From Lytechinus pictus (taxonomy: Eukaryota), in NCBI RefSeq assembly GCF_037042905.1, contig NC_087246.1, positions 16,988,001 through 17,052,000 of the forward strand: a DNA stretch of 64,000 nucleotides. The letters run 5' to 3'. Position 1 is the stretch's first letter; each line of letters opens with the position of its first letter. The notes beneath the pieces were generated by a model that did not search any database, was not told where the DNA came from, and worked only from the letters and a program-made list of their open reading frames with translations. Shown in pieces: positions 1 to 13,500 of this stretch. Made by a program: the position numbers and the translations under genes.

Positions 1-3000
1 AAAGAGTTGCAATCAATCGCAACTCTAAAAATTATGCGCAACTTGATTTTCAACCAAGCGCGCATTGGGACTTGCGATTTATTTTTTCACTTGCTTTTAA
101 AGCAACTCTTTCTGCAACGGACCCTAAGTTTCAAACAAATATCTTTGAATTCCTGTCAATAACATCAGTGGTCATTATGTAAAGACAATGCAATATAATT
201 TCCATTTTTATCCTTTGTCCTCGTATTTAACAAGTTCCCAAGTTAGAGGTGACAGTAATTCCAGTGCCTCCATCCCTAAATCTTGTCATTATGTTCATGA
301 AGAAACCTTTTGAGTGCTTTCATAACAATGAATGAAAACTTGCCAAAAATGGAATCGATGATATTTAAGTTGTGTGGGAGAATTACATGTCAAACTTGAG
401 TAATGAAACAAAGACAATTGTTGACGAATCCACCCCAATTGCCATCTGAAAGTGGCATCACATATGGACACCTCAAAACCGAGATCAGATATGATAGAGG
501 GTTTTCACAAAGAGATTGTGAGTGACTTCTTTCTTTCTTTGTGAAAACCCACCTCGATCTTGTATAGCTCAATTTTTTTTTTTTCTCAGATGATCATATA
601 GCGTCTCTGTGCTTCTATTATATGTAACTCTTGACTATTGAATGTAAAAAGCAACTGATGCCATGAAAGAGCCTACATCATCTTTCACCTATTTGGAAAG
701 AAAAACAAGGCAAATAGATGTATAGATTGTAGAAATATGTACACCTCAAAAACAATGATAGTTATTAATTTCTACTACTTGCATGACATAAAGTCTACAT
801 GGCTGGATAGTAGTACAGTGCATTAACAAGGGATCCACAATGGGGTGTGACTAACTATGGAGGCGTGGCTTACAATATCAATGAATTTCTACAGTTAGCA
901 CTTTTCTACTGTTGCCCAAGACCTTTGACATACGATATGGATCAGATTTTTCCTCCTCTGTTTTTTTGTTGAATATCTCCACGATGCTACCAAGTGCTCT
1001 ATTAAGCAAATGAGTTGTGTGCTTGTATTAAGGGTGAAAAGCAAACTTCAAACAAAATATCAAACCAATGGCTACCATGAGGCTTGATTCTTGAAGCAGA
1101 TTTACTGTATAATAAATGCACCATTTACACGACTAATATAACAACCTAGATAGAGGATCAATTCCTCAGTGTAATATAGTGGTCTTCATATATAGCAAGC
1201 CTTGTTATACATTATTATAATTCATTTCTCACACTGAGCAATGTCTAAAATTGACTTTGACAACATACCTAATTTTCCATCAAGCTAACCAATCTTTCGA
1301 GTCATCAAATGTTATTCTAAATTTTCAAAGCAGCTTTTAAATGACATTACACAAAATTTACACATGACTTTAAACATTTACATGTATGTATGTTAGTAAA
1401 TTCCCTCGTCCTCTTTTTTTTTACATATCATTTTATCATACAAATTGCAAATTCCCCACACAAACTCCATCGCTGGATTTACCAGTTTTGCGTCGTCTGC
1501 TGAAGACGTGCATGTATTTCCATGAAATTCCATGCTTGTGTTAATAACCCCGAACATACATTGCTTTAAAAATCATCTACACCACATTTTCTCATCACTG
1601 ACATGCACATTTGTCAGCAATGATACAGATATGTTAAGACTTCCACAGTAAGATATATCTTCAAATATTTCTCAAAATATATACCGACATTGTTGTAGTA
1701 AATCAAATGCCTCGATGGCGAAAATAATGCAAGTATTTAACAAAATCAATTATTACTTTTTTAATATCTCATACAATCAAGTGTTAACAGGTGATAAGCT
1801 TATTACATGACAGCCACAAGGCGGATGGTGGAGTTTGCTCGATCTACAAAATTAAGTCTACCCTATTAAAGGGAACAACGATTAACGACATTCAATAGCT
1901 ATGGCGTAATCAAATTGTAAAATGTATATTCAATCGTGTGCATGAAAAAATAATATTTCCTCTGATTTCCTTTTTACAGCAATTATATCAAAACACAACA
2001 TTAGAATTGACCAAAATAGGGAAGATAAATGCAATTCAGGTTGTACATTTTTTTGTTGAGGTAAACATAAATATGGGGTTGCATGATTGCGTTTCACAAA
2101 CTTTCAAGGACGACGCAAGTACTGGCTGACACCTGAAATCAAAATGTGAAATTTAGCGATATGGAACGGAACAAGCAGAACATCACGTATGACCATAATG
2201 CAAATCTATTTTGTCTCAAATACAAAAGAAATATACATGTATTTGTTAATATAAATAAAAAACCCTATAATTGGTGTCCTTTATATCCTGCTAGAGACTG
2301 CATGCACATTACTGAAACTACTACAACATGTAGCAAGGCAACGTATACCATGAAGGCAGATATGATCTATTTGTATATCAATAATATTTTCACATGTACA
2401 CAGAGGGAATGGGCTAAAATATTCAATTAAAAAATTTACTAAGGTTTTCAATGTGCAGATAATGTGTTCATTGCTTAATTTCAGTAAGCCAAATTATATT
2501 TGAATGTCAATGAAAGATTTCTGGAAATGCATGTATTGGTGTTATAACCAGTTATTACTGGTATCTCATCATGTACTCCCATCATTGTTTCATTCAAAAT
2601 TGATTCCATATAATGCTTGCCAAAAACACATTAACTTTATCTTGAAGTATAATGAGAATGGTGTCACATAAATGCAAATGGTGAACAATGATAATGCAAG
2701 GTGTGTACAATGAATGCCATAAATATCTCACACGGGTCCTGATGACACAAAGGTGAGCAAGTGATTGCATGGTTTATTTTCATGATTGATTGCACATTGT
2801 GGTCACTGAAATCAATCATAAAAACATGTCTTATGATCAATCACTGCGTTTTGTGTTTCAGGGAATTCCTTACAATACAGTTTCATTAAAATCACTACAT
2901 ATGCACCCATGTGTATTCTTTGTCACACCATGGACCATCTTTTCTGCACATAGATCTGTACAACATTATGCAAGTAGTATGTGATTTGGGGTTGCGCACC

Positions 3001-3565
3001 ACCCAAACGACATAAATATACACACACTGTCAGTCAATGGGTACAATCTATAGTTACTATATAAGAGGGAGGAGATATTCATCATTGAAACATTGACTAC
3101 ATTCACACATACGATACATTACACTAGCTCTACAGCTATACTACAAGTCACAGACTACACGTACCTGTGGCTATAAAGGGTCACTGACGGCCCTTTTCAA
3201 TTTAGAATTCTGTGCTTTTTATACAGCGATTTTGGTAGCAATTAGTTTATCAATATTACTTCCTATATACATCAATTAAACCAAATGGTACCTAGATTGG
3301 ACTGAGCGTAATAATATCGCATTACAATTCTCAACATTCACCAATGCACAATTCACAATAATTTGCTGAGCTGCTGAATCTTTAAGTTAGATTTATTAAT
3401 GATAGCATCTTTGTATTCACACTGTAGCTTCCAAACGAAGCCTTAATTAACGACTATATCTTGTCCAAATTGATTGGCTCTGCAATAGTTCTGCATAATA
3501 AAAATAAAGAGACTTTGACTTGTAGAACGATGCAGACCACTAGAGAATGTACATAACGACATAAA

Positions 3566-3689
3566 GGTTCTGTAAAACAAAGCTTAGTGATTGATCGCAG
3601 GACTGATTGATTACTGTATTGATCGTAATGTACAATCAAGTGTATAAATCAACTTTACGATTAATAGCTAAGCTTTGTGATACAGACCC
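3566..3689. mobile_element. Short Harbinger/Tourist-like MITE (related copy about 12589-12711)
   Basis: Imperfect terminal inverted repeat ggttctgta..caaagcttag / ctaagctttgtgatacagaccc. Confidence 0.5.
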
Positions 3690-4510
3690 CTGGTGAAATG
3701 AAAAGTTATAAACATAAAAATGTTTGACTACAATAATGAGTGCAGCTCATAATAGTTTATATATCATATCATAATGTAAAGTCCAAATATTCTTGCCAAT
3801 TTGCAAAACATCATAAACTCATCCACATTAGATACATGATGCATAAGAAGCAAACCTACAACGAAGCTCCTCTCCAATAATTACTTAAATCCTTCTTCCA
3901 TTCACACTTGTATCCTAAGAACCTCACCAATTGTTGACTGCATATGCTGAACAAAAAATATTCCTGAATAGCAGTATTGCAACAAAAATATATCTTGAGA
4001 GAAAATAAAACATGCCTTAGAATCATTTTCTTCACTTCCTCATCTCCTGACTGGCACTGTTGATACATTAATTTTTCATTTATAAATAGAGCACTTACAA
4101 CCTTTTTGCTTGAACAATCACCAGAGCATAAGTTATAGAAGCAGTATCAACAAAAGAGCATCTTGTCCATTCTGCAAAAATGGAGAATTGTCAAAAGAAT
4201 TACAATTGCTTTATCCTTGTTTTGATTATAAACATATGCTGTTTTAGCCTTCTTGCAGGCATTTTATGCTGCTTCCAAATGCTTTGATATGATTACATTC
4301 ATGCGCTGACATACAGCAGCTTCTCACTGAAGAATCGGCAAAGATGTGTCCCGTAGCGATCATCCAACATCAGAGGTTGCTTGATGGGTGTGCCATGCTG
4401 CATCATTGAGGAGTAAGAGAAGAGGAGTGAAGAAGACAAAGGTGTTTACAGAGCATATCCAGGATAAACTGAGGTGGGAGAAGGGGTAGCTTGCAACGAA
4501 ACAGTCATCA

Positions 4511-4584
4511 TCAACGGCATTCCCAGACCTTGATGGTTAGATCCACACTGCCTGTTATCACATATGGGGCGGACCGATGGAAAT
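4511..4584 (-). CDS. PAFAH1B1: LIS1 last coding exon
   Basis: [24 protein letters not shown] then TGA. Confidence 0.96.
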
Positions 4585-7500
4585 CTAAAATCAAGAACAA
4601 AATACAGAATAGATGTGTCTTTGAATGTTTGTATCTTGGTACAGAAAATGTAAACAATGTTTACAGTTCACCTTGTGATTAATCCTAAAAAGGACTGTCG
4701 AGATGGGGATAAAGAGAAGCTGATGAGAAATGAAATTGAACTGAATGAGTGGGAATTGACAAGGGAGAAAATTATAGATAAGAGGGACGAGTAGTCTTTT
4801 TGTGAGAACGGTAGAGAATACTAATGTATATCAGACTGGATATTTTGTGAGGACTAACAGAGGTGATATGAATTTGCATCTTAATTTTGGGGAGGAAAAA
4901 CTTATTTCTCAATGACTAGATCAACAGAAACCTTTTCCAAATCCTAGCTCTCTATACCAACAAATGAAGTCCCTCCATGATCATGATAAAAAGTAGAACA
5001 TACCATTCAAATCAAACAATATAAATAGCGACAACTCAGAAACAAAACAAATTTATGCAGCTGATGGAGGCTAAGGGAATCATTTGGGAGTCTACTTGTA
5101 ATTGGTTTTAAAGTTCAGCTGTTTGACTGACTTATCACAGCACAAAATTTGGAACTTACAACAATAAATCTTATCACTTATTGTTCCTGGATCAAACCTA
5201 AGCAGGGCAAGGACTACTTCCCCCATGACTTCTCCCTTTTGTGCTACTTTAATACACCCTGTAACTCAGCTTTACCTAGCGTAGTGGTGAAATGGTCATG
5301 GGCTGGCAATGTCTTTGCACAGCGTTTGTTCTTGTAGTCCCACACACGTAATGTTTTGTCATCAGCCACACTAATGATGAACTTGCCACCGGGATGAAAC
5401 ACAGCTCCTCTCACCCAGTTATCGTGTCCAGTCTAAAGAGATGAAGAGGAATAGGAAAAGGGATGCAAAATGTGAAAAAAATTCTATATTATTAAAATCA
5501 TATCAGATCAATGTAATGTGTTAGTTGAAACATTTTTAATTGTTCTCTCTTTCTACCATTGATGTTGACGTCAACAATTATTTTTTTAAAACTTTATTTC
5601 ATGTTTGTTATATATCAAATCTTTATTCCATCACATAGAATTCTTTTATCAGTAAATGTGAAGGTGTCATCAATAAATATCTTTTTTAAGGGAGACTGAA
5701 CTACAAGGAGCTCAAGCACAAAACCACCTTCTACCATAGGAATACATGCATTATAAGTCTTATACTTACATAAAACATGAGTGATCCAATCTTTATTGAA
5801 AAGGGAAATTGAAGGACACTTTACACATTTGGTTTTTTTTTTACCGGTATGTTATAAACATTTGATTTCTTTACAAATATTGTGGTATAAATGTGAATAG
5901 TAGCATTTATGATTCTAGAAGGTATATAACAATATATGATGAAAATGCTTCATCATGTGCAAGGACCTATGAACAACAAGAAATGTCCAGGTCTTGCTGC
6001 TGTTCAAAGTGAATGTGGTGTATGGCATCTAAGCTAGTGAATTGTGTTATTTGATTGGCTGCTAGCAAATCTGTCATAGAATTCTAGCGTTTGTGAAAGA
6101 CAAGGTGCCATCAAACAGGGCCTTGTACGTACCAAAGTCATGATGCAACCTCCAGCGCTGACATCCCAGATCTTAATAGCCTTATCACGTGAGCCAGACA
6201 CAAGGAATGGTGTAGAGCGAACTCCTTTCTTCTGCAAAGGTATTGACAATCAAACTCGATCAGTAAAGCAAATCCTTTACTTATGATCGCATTCCAAACA
6301 AACCATGCAAGACTAGGGATAGCAATGCTCTACACATTGTTGGCAATCATCCGGACAGTTTTATGTTGAGATGACAGTGTAAAACGTATTTCACAAAAAT
6401 TGAGTGTAAACTTTTCAAACTTTTCCACAGATTGCCAAAAATATATCTGAAAAATTATTAATTTATTCCTGTAAGACAGAAATGCCTAAGAGTGCAACTT
6501 TGATTTTCTGCAAAAAATATAATATTTTTAATTTGTTGACCTCAAATAATGGTTCAAACCCACAAAATGTTGCAAGAGCATTCATGCAAATGCACTGCAC
6601 AGGGGGATAACAAATGAAGCTAGTTAAGTTTCTTAACTTCATAGTAAAATAACATACTGTCTTTTCTGGACACCTTTTCACTTGAGTGCATGATAGCATC
6701 AAAATAAAGAGCACAGTTCAGCGCATCTAATTCCTGTTGCCTAAACTATTACATAAACTTGCAAACCAATGAAAACTCTCAAAAGGACACTTTGTTTGGC
6801 TGTTGAGCATTGTTACTATGCAAATAACAGTTTGATAGCAAGGATAATGCATCAGGGTCCTAATTGAGTACATTCTTTGAATAATTACATGAACAGCATA
6901 TGTGCGTCAAAGAAGAAAAAATTGCCATCTCAATGTTTTATGCATAACATACATGTACATGTACTCCTCAATCCACAATTACAAATCAACTTATCGCACA
7001 AGAAGAGGCTATGACACTAAGGAGGGGTGCACATGGATGTTTGGAAAATAATGATAAAATAAGTGTGATGATCAAAAGCTTGGTTATTCATAATACAAGT
7101 ACAAGAAAAATTATATATCTCCATATCATACTTTATAATTTCATCACTTAATTTGTAAGGGTTGCAGTTGATCTTCTTGAACTTCATATAATATAGAGCT
7201 CTACAAATAATCATAAGAAGTGGCAAGGTGTGAAATATTCAATGCACAATCGTACATAAGCAGGGTATGAACTGGGTATTAAGTGAAGAAGTGGTTTAAT
7301 TACAAAGAATGCACATGTATGTATCTTCCTGCATGTCATTCTCTCTCTCCAGCTCTACAAACCTTAAAGTATCTCTAAACTTTATTTATCTATAACCCTT
7401 TGCAAAGTATTATTCCTCATTTAATCAAAATTACTCAAACATGTTTGATAATCTTGGTGTCACTCAGAAAAAAATAAAAAAATAGGCAAAATGATGGAAC

Positions 7501-10500
7501 CAGTACTTCGGATTTTTACTACTTTAGATCTCTGAGGGAAAGTGATTGTTTGGTTTTCACAGTAGGGATGGGGAAACAAAGTATATAAACAAAATTCTGC
7601 TTGAATCTTTGGGTATTTGACCAAGACAGGGTACATCATTGTAACAAAAACAAACCAATAGCATACCAAAGCGATGATATCACTTATTTGTTCTTTTTTA
7701 TGTCATGTCAGTGATCTTATACAATATCTCAGTGGAGCATGATGAAATCCATCCATAACCAAATTTTGGTGGGAATCAGTCCATGGGGACCCAAGATGTG
7801 GCCATATGAATAACTACTTAGCCCAGAGCTGCCAACCTCTGTTGACCAATAAACATACTGGTCCATAATTAAAATCATATTCTGAAGAAAAAAAAAATCG
7901 TAAAAAAATTGATAAATTACACATATGAAGCATGCCAATCAAATTTAACAAAAAACATATTTTGCAATAAAAATCATATTTTGTTACTTTTGATTATGAA
8001 AAACATACTAAATATCGTTAAAACATATAAGTTGGCAGCTTTGTTAGCCCCATTGAAATCAGCGAAAGTTGGCCTGGTCCCAAAAAGTTAGGAACCAGTG
8101 CAATTTCAACAGGGCCTAATGGGTATTAATTTGGTCATACATTGGGCCACCATAAACTGATTCATGTCTCAATGTTGGTGCGTTGAGATTTTTTCATCAT
8201 GCTCAACAAAGTATGGTCACGGTAAATGCTAAAATGCACAGGAATAACATTGATGGCATCACACTCCAGTACTCCATACACACATATAAAAATGATTTTA
8301 ATTTGGGAGAAGATTCCTCGTGACATCACGCACAGGTCACATGCTTCAAACGTTCATGATGCAATTGTCATGCAAGGTCAAATGCTACACAGAAACAAAA
8401 GGAGACAATGCTGTAAACCAGGGGATGGTTTCACAAAGTGACTGGTCAAAGACTTTTCACTGACAACTGTTGCCAGCAAAAGAAATTCTTGCATCTCATT
8501 GGCCGAATTTTGTCAGTGAAAATCAATAACAAGACACTCCAATAAACGGTCCCCTGAACCATTATCTACCTCAAGACCATCATAGTTGTTCAGCTGTCAT
8601 CACCAGATAAAGAGGAAAGAACAAATGTTTCTTGAATTAATATGATCTTGGCTTTCAATTGAAAAAAAAATGATCTTAATACTAGAGCTTAAAAGCATTG
8701 TGGAAATAAAAAGCTTTTATTACTAACTTTATTACTTCTGTTAATGGTTAAAGAAATCTTTTGCTTGGAAAAATGTGAAGATTTATTTTCAAAATCCATT
8801 AGCTTATAGCTCTAATGAAAGATACATGGAGCAGCAATTTGAAGAGAATGGACACCCTGGTGTCTAGTTGGTTTCAGTAAAATAAAGCAACATGTAGGTT
8901 TGGCAAAAATCCATCAACAGATAGCAAAATTACAAGTTTTAATTTTGTTATGTCACACGCAAGCAGCTAACCCATATTTCATGTGATTTAAAATATCATT
9001 AGTCCTCAGAAACTGAAACATATATTAACTGTGTATTCAATTATCATTATAGAAATCATTAAATCCATGATTCTATGAGCATTTGGTTTTCAGTCTATAT
9101 GAACAATTAAACAGTAAGAATTAATTGGATTTATATTACATGGAATTTTCCCCCAAAACAAAACATTAGATTATTCCATACTCTGCTATTTTTTGATAGA
9201 TTTTCAGCATTCATCACTGACAAAGTTTTCATTCATTGTTACCATAGTAATCAATACTTCTCAGCCAATCAAAACAAAGGATTTCCCTGGAATTCTCAAT
9301 GAGTGGCTATTTGTCAGTAAAAGCAACTGTCATGTAACTGCACATAGGAGTATTGGAATCTCTTCTAATTCTTACCTTTTGCATTTTCCTATCTCCTATT
9401 GTGTTTTCTGATCATATTCTGCCAGCTTTAGTTTACATTCCCAAGACTCTCTCCTCTCCCATATTGTTCCTCCCCATCCTCCCCTCCAGAAATGTCAAAT
9501 GAGTCATATACCTTTAACTTTGGAAACTACAATTAGGGTGGGGAATGCCGATTTTGGCTACACATTCTATATGGTCATGATCACTCAGCTGTAGTTAACC
9601 TTTCCTGAGACCCCTTCCCTTCCCTTTTCTTACCCTATTCCTCACTCAACTCTATGTGTCAAGAGTCATACACACCTCTACTCCTTTAAGTTCATTCAGG
9701 GTGGAGTATGCCGATTCCGGAGCCCAAGCTACACACACTATATGGTCATGCTCTCTCAGCTGTAGTTTACCTTTTCTCAGTCACCCCTCCCTTTCCCTAC
9801 ACTATCCCTCACTCCACTCTATGTGTCAAGAGTCATACACACCTCTACTCCTTTAAGTTCATTTAGGGTGGGGTATGCCGATTCCGGAGCCCAAGCTACA
9901 CACTCCACCACATGGTCATGCTCCCTCAGTTCTAGTTTACATTCCTTGGTAGCTACCACCCAAACACGTAGGGTCTGCAATAGAAAGAAAAAAAAAAGAA
10001 TGATCATAATTATAGCAATATGTATCAAACATCACCAGGGCATGGGATGCAACATAAAGTAGGCAATCATGTGGATTAGCGGGTGATTTTAAGTTTGGTG
10101 TTGACAGCTGATGTTGGAGTTTGGTCATTTTTTTACACCAGCGACAGCACTAAACTTGAAATGACACTGGTGCTGAGATTACTATTAAAAAATATGTGAA
10201 AGGAATGAGGAATGGTGTCATTTTTCTAAATTCTCTTCAGTGTTGGAACAAGGTCAGGCAGCCCGATTCACACTCAAAACACTAACACCTACACCCACAC
10301 ATGAATTACCCTTTGCTTTAATGAATTCTTGAATTTTGATACATGTATATCTCAACGGACATCATCATGATAAATACACATGGAGGAGTAGTAAGGAACC
10401 TTTTTTTTTTTGAAAAAAAAAGGTGATCGATGTCGCCAATACAGGGATTACATTCATTTTCTAAAACATTGAATGGGAGATTCTTTCAGGGCTCAATAGC

Positions 10501-13500
10501 ATCAACATTGCTGGGCCATACCCCAAAATGTGGTCACTTTATCTTACATGAGAAGATATCAAACAGCTTTACCTGATCATTAGAAGCAGAAGCCAGTAGA
10601 GATCCATCTGGACTTGGCCTAACCATACGAACCCACTCTCTATGTCCAGTGAATGTCTTCACACAGTATCTAGAAAGACAAAATATGTAACATGTTAAAT
10701 TTAAAGAGTAAAAAGCATTGCCCATAGATGCATAAATCAAAATGATGGTACAGATAAGGTACATTTTCATATTTGGCTATAAAAGGTATGAGTGACAATT
10801 CAAAAGGCTTTTACTTCAAACATTAAAAAAAAGTTTAAACCCTAATAAGACTGGGGGGGGGAGGCTCCCCCACAACATTTTGTATGATAAATCTGCTGCG
10901 CAAATTTTTTTGACTGTGCCACTTGCTGACCTTTTTATTTTAAAGTCATGTACAACTTTTGATACCAAATTTGCGACCCCCCCCCCCATGCTGTTTTCGT
11001 AGCGATCTTATTGCCGGGATCATAAGAGGGGGGCTGAATTTTCCCCCAGTCTTTTTAGGGTTAAATCCTTGGTGACACCTTTTTTGTCAAATAAACAAAT
11101 GTTAAAGAGATAGTTGATGACATGTACCCACACACGGACAAATGCACACATCATTAATTCTTTATTTCCCATTTTGGTCATTTCTTCAGCTCTAATTCCA
11201 GTGTCTCAGAATAGTCATACTAAGACTGATGGTGAAGCTATATAAATTTTAATGTTACTATAATGATCATTATCGTGCATGGAAATGTTTCTTTTATCAT
11301 TATATCATTACTGTGGGTAATAATGAACATAAAAAAGATAAGAATTACTTGAAAAATGGTGTGGAGGGGAAAAACAAAACTCTACACTTTTGTCCATTAA
11401 TAGAGAAGACAAATTATTCAACTTAACAGTAATAAATCTTTCTAATCCACTATACAGGGATATTTTTCTCATAAACTAATTCAAAAGGATGAATAAATAT
11501 AAGAATATTGAAAGCTACTTTCCTGCAGACAATAATTTGGCAAGAATCCATCATTCATTTCCTCATTAGCAATTCATTGCACTAGTATATTAATGCTACA
11601 CCTCAAGCAGCAGATTGAGCAGACATGGTTTTCAAGTCATTTCTAATCTCACAGACAGGAAGTAAAACGAGTGTACATATTAACCTAACTACATGATCAT
11701 ATTTCGGAATTGTCTAATAACCTGTCTGTTGTGACTAGGAATGAATACGAAAAGGATGTGTAGCATTAAACCATGGGAAAATCATTTCACTTGAGTAAAT
11801 ATAAACAGTAAAATTTTGTAGCTGCTTAAAGAATGTTCAAAATTAAATAAAACAAAAAAGAGTGAGTTCAGTACAAACCAATTTGGTTTGAAAGCTGTTT
11901 TTTTTTAATGTCTAAATAGGTGTACTCCAGTAGAAAAGCAGGAGATCCCTCCCGCATGACTGAGTCATTGGCCCATATTCTGAAGTCACTAACTTAGGTC
12001 ATGATTGTCACTATATCACTGGATCTACAGTTACAAAAACTAAACTTTGTGAAATCATGAAATCTAAGCTGAAAAATGATTTGATTGAAAAAAATCCCCA
12101 ACACAGATAAGCACCTGTGTGATAATGTATTACTATTGACTGGAAAAGACCCACAAATAGCTTGAATGTCATGCTTATTTTGCTGATTTCTGCATTGATT
12201 CCTCATGCTTACAAGTGTAAATGGTGAAGAAATCACAGACATTGGTGGAATATTATATTACATGTAATTTCAGGACATCACTGTAGGTGAATAATACCAC
12301 CCATACTTAAGAAAATAAACTATACCGATGAACAAAAAAACAAAAAAAACAATAACATACAGACATTTTTTTTTTGCATGTCTTCCCTCTAAAATCTATG
12401 TGTGCACCGAGTTTCATTAGGCAAAAATGAGGAGACAGCTCACTATAAAGCAAGAGATTCCCTGATTTATTGTTACCATGGCAATGCAATACAACAGTGA
12501 GTGTTGCACTTTTCCACTCCAAGACTAACATGTGCCTAGTCTCTGGGAGAAAAACTGACAAAGTACTTGGCTATGCAAGATACACCAGGGGCCCAAAGCT
12601 TAGCAATGATCGTAAAACATTTTTTCTGCGATTGATTATATTGGCTACAATGTACAATCAATCGTAAAAATCAAGCATATGATTAATTGCTAACCTTTGT
12701 GTTACGGGACCTAGCACACCTGACACAATCAAAAATTGCATCTTGCATATCTTTTCTCCAAGATTATTTTTTAAATATTTTTTTTCACTGTTTTACTTAA
12801 TAATATCTGCAATTTTTTATGAAATGGAAATAAAAGGAAACTTGAAAAAAAAGCATGCTTGTTCTGAATGCATCACATGTCATTGCAAGTTCAATGCCAA
12901 TGTTTTAAGGAGATACACGTTTTCAACTGTCCATCAAGTATACTTGGATAATTCTTATAATTAAAAACAACTCGCACACTTCAGGCAATAACTTGAAAGC
13001 TAGAGAACCATTTGAACAAAGTTCAATGGCAATTTTTTTCCCAAACTCTAGAATAGCAATGGTTTTAATGGCACTAATAGTGCAGAGCACCTATTGTCAT
13101 TCAGGAAAGAGAAATATTTTTTTTTAATTGAAGACATATTTTCATAGTGGGCTTGTGAGAGATAGTTAACCTTCTGTCTTCTCATTAAGTATCATTTTTA
13201 TATTGCTCTAATCATCATCATGATCATCATCTACAAACATAACCATTCATATCATCATATAATATATCACCATCGTCATAAATATCGCCATTCTCCTCAT
13301 CATTATCACTGCCATCAACATCATAGCTGTCAAGCTTATAATCAAACTTGACGTAATCAACATCACAAACATCACCACCACCATCATCATCACAACCATT
13401 TTCATCATCACCACCATTCATCACAGAATAGGAAATACATGTGGGCGACGGGCAATTTCGCCCTCACGACAGCCCAAATCGCCCCTAACATTCCCAGAAA

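Noticed and set aside
4300-4513. Selenocysteine or read-through extension of LIS1 at tandem TGAs
   Set aside because: The protein ends at the conserved VWECR terminus; no SECIS-like structure recognised
13227-13424. Asp/Gly-rich 65-aa ORF on the LIS1 strand
   Set aside because: Translation of a degenerate (CAT)n repeat; the LIS1 frame is complete without it
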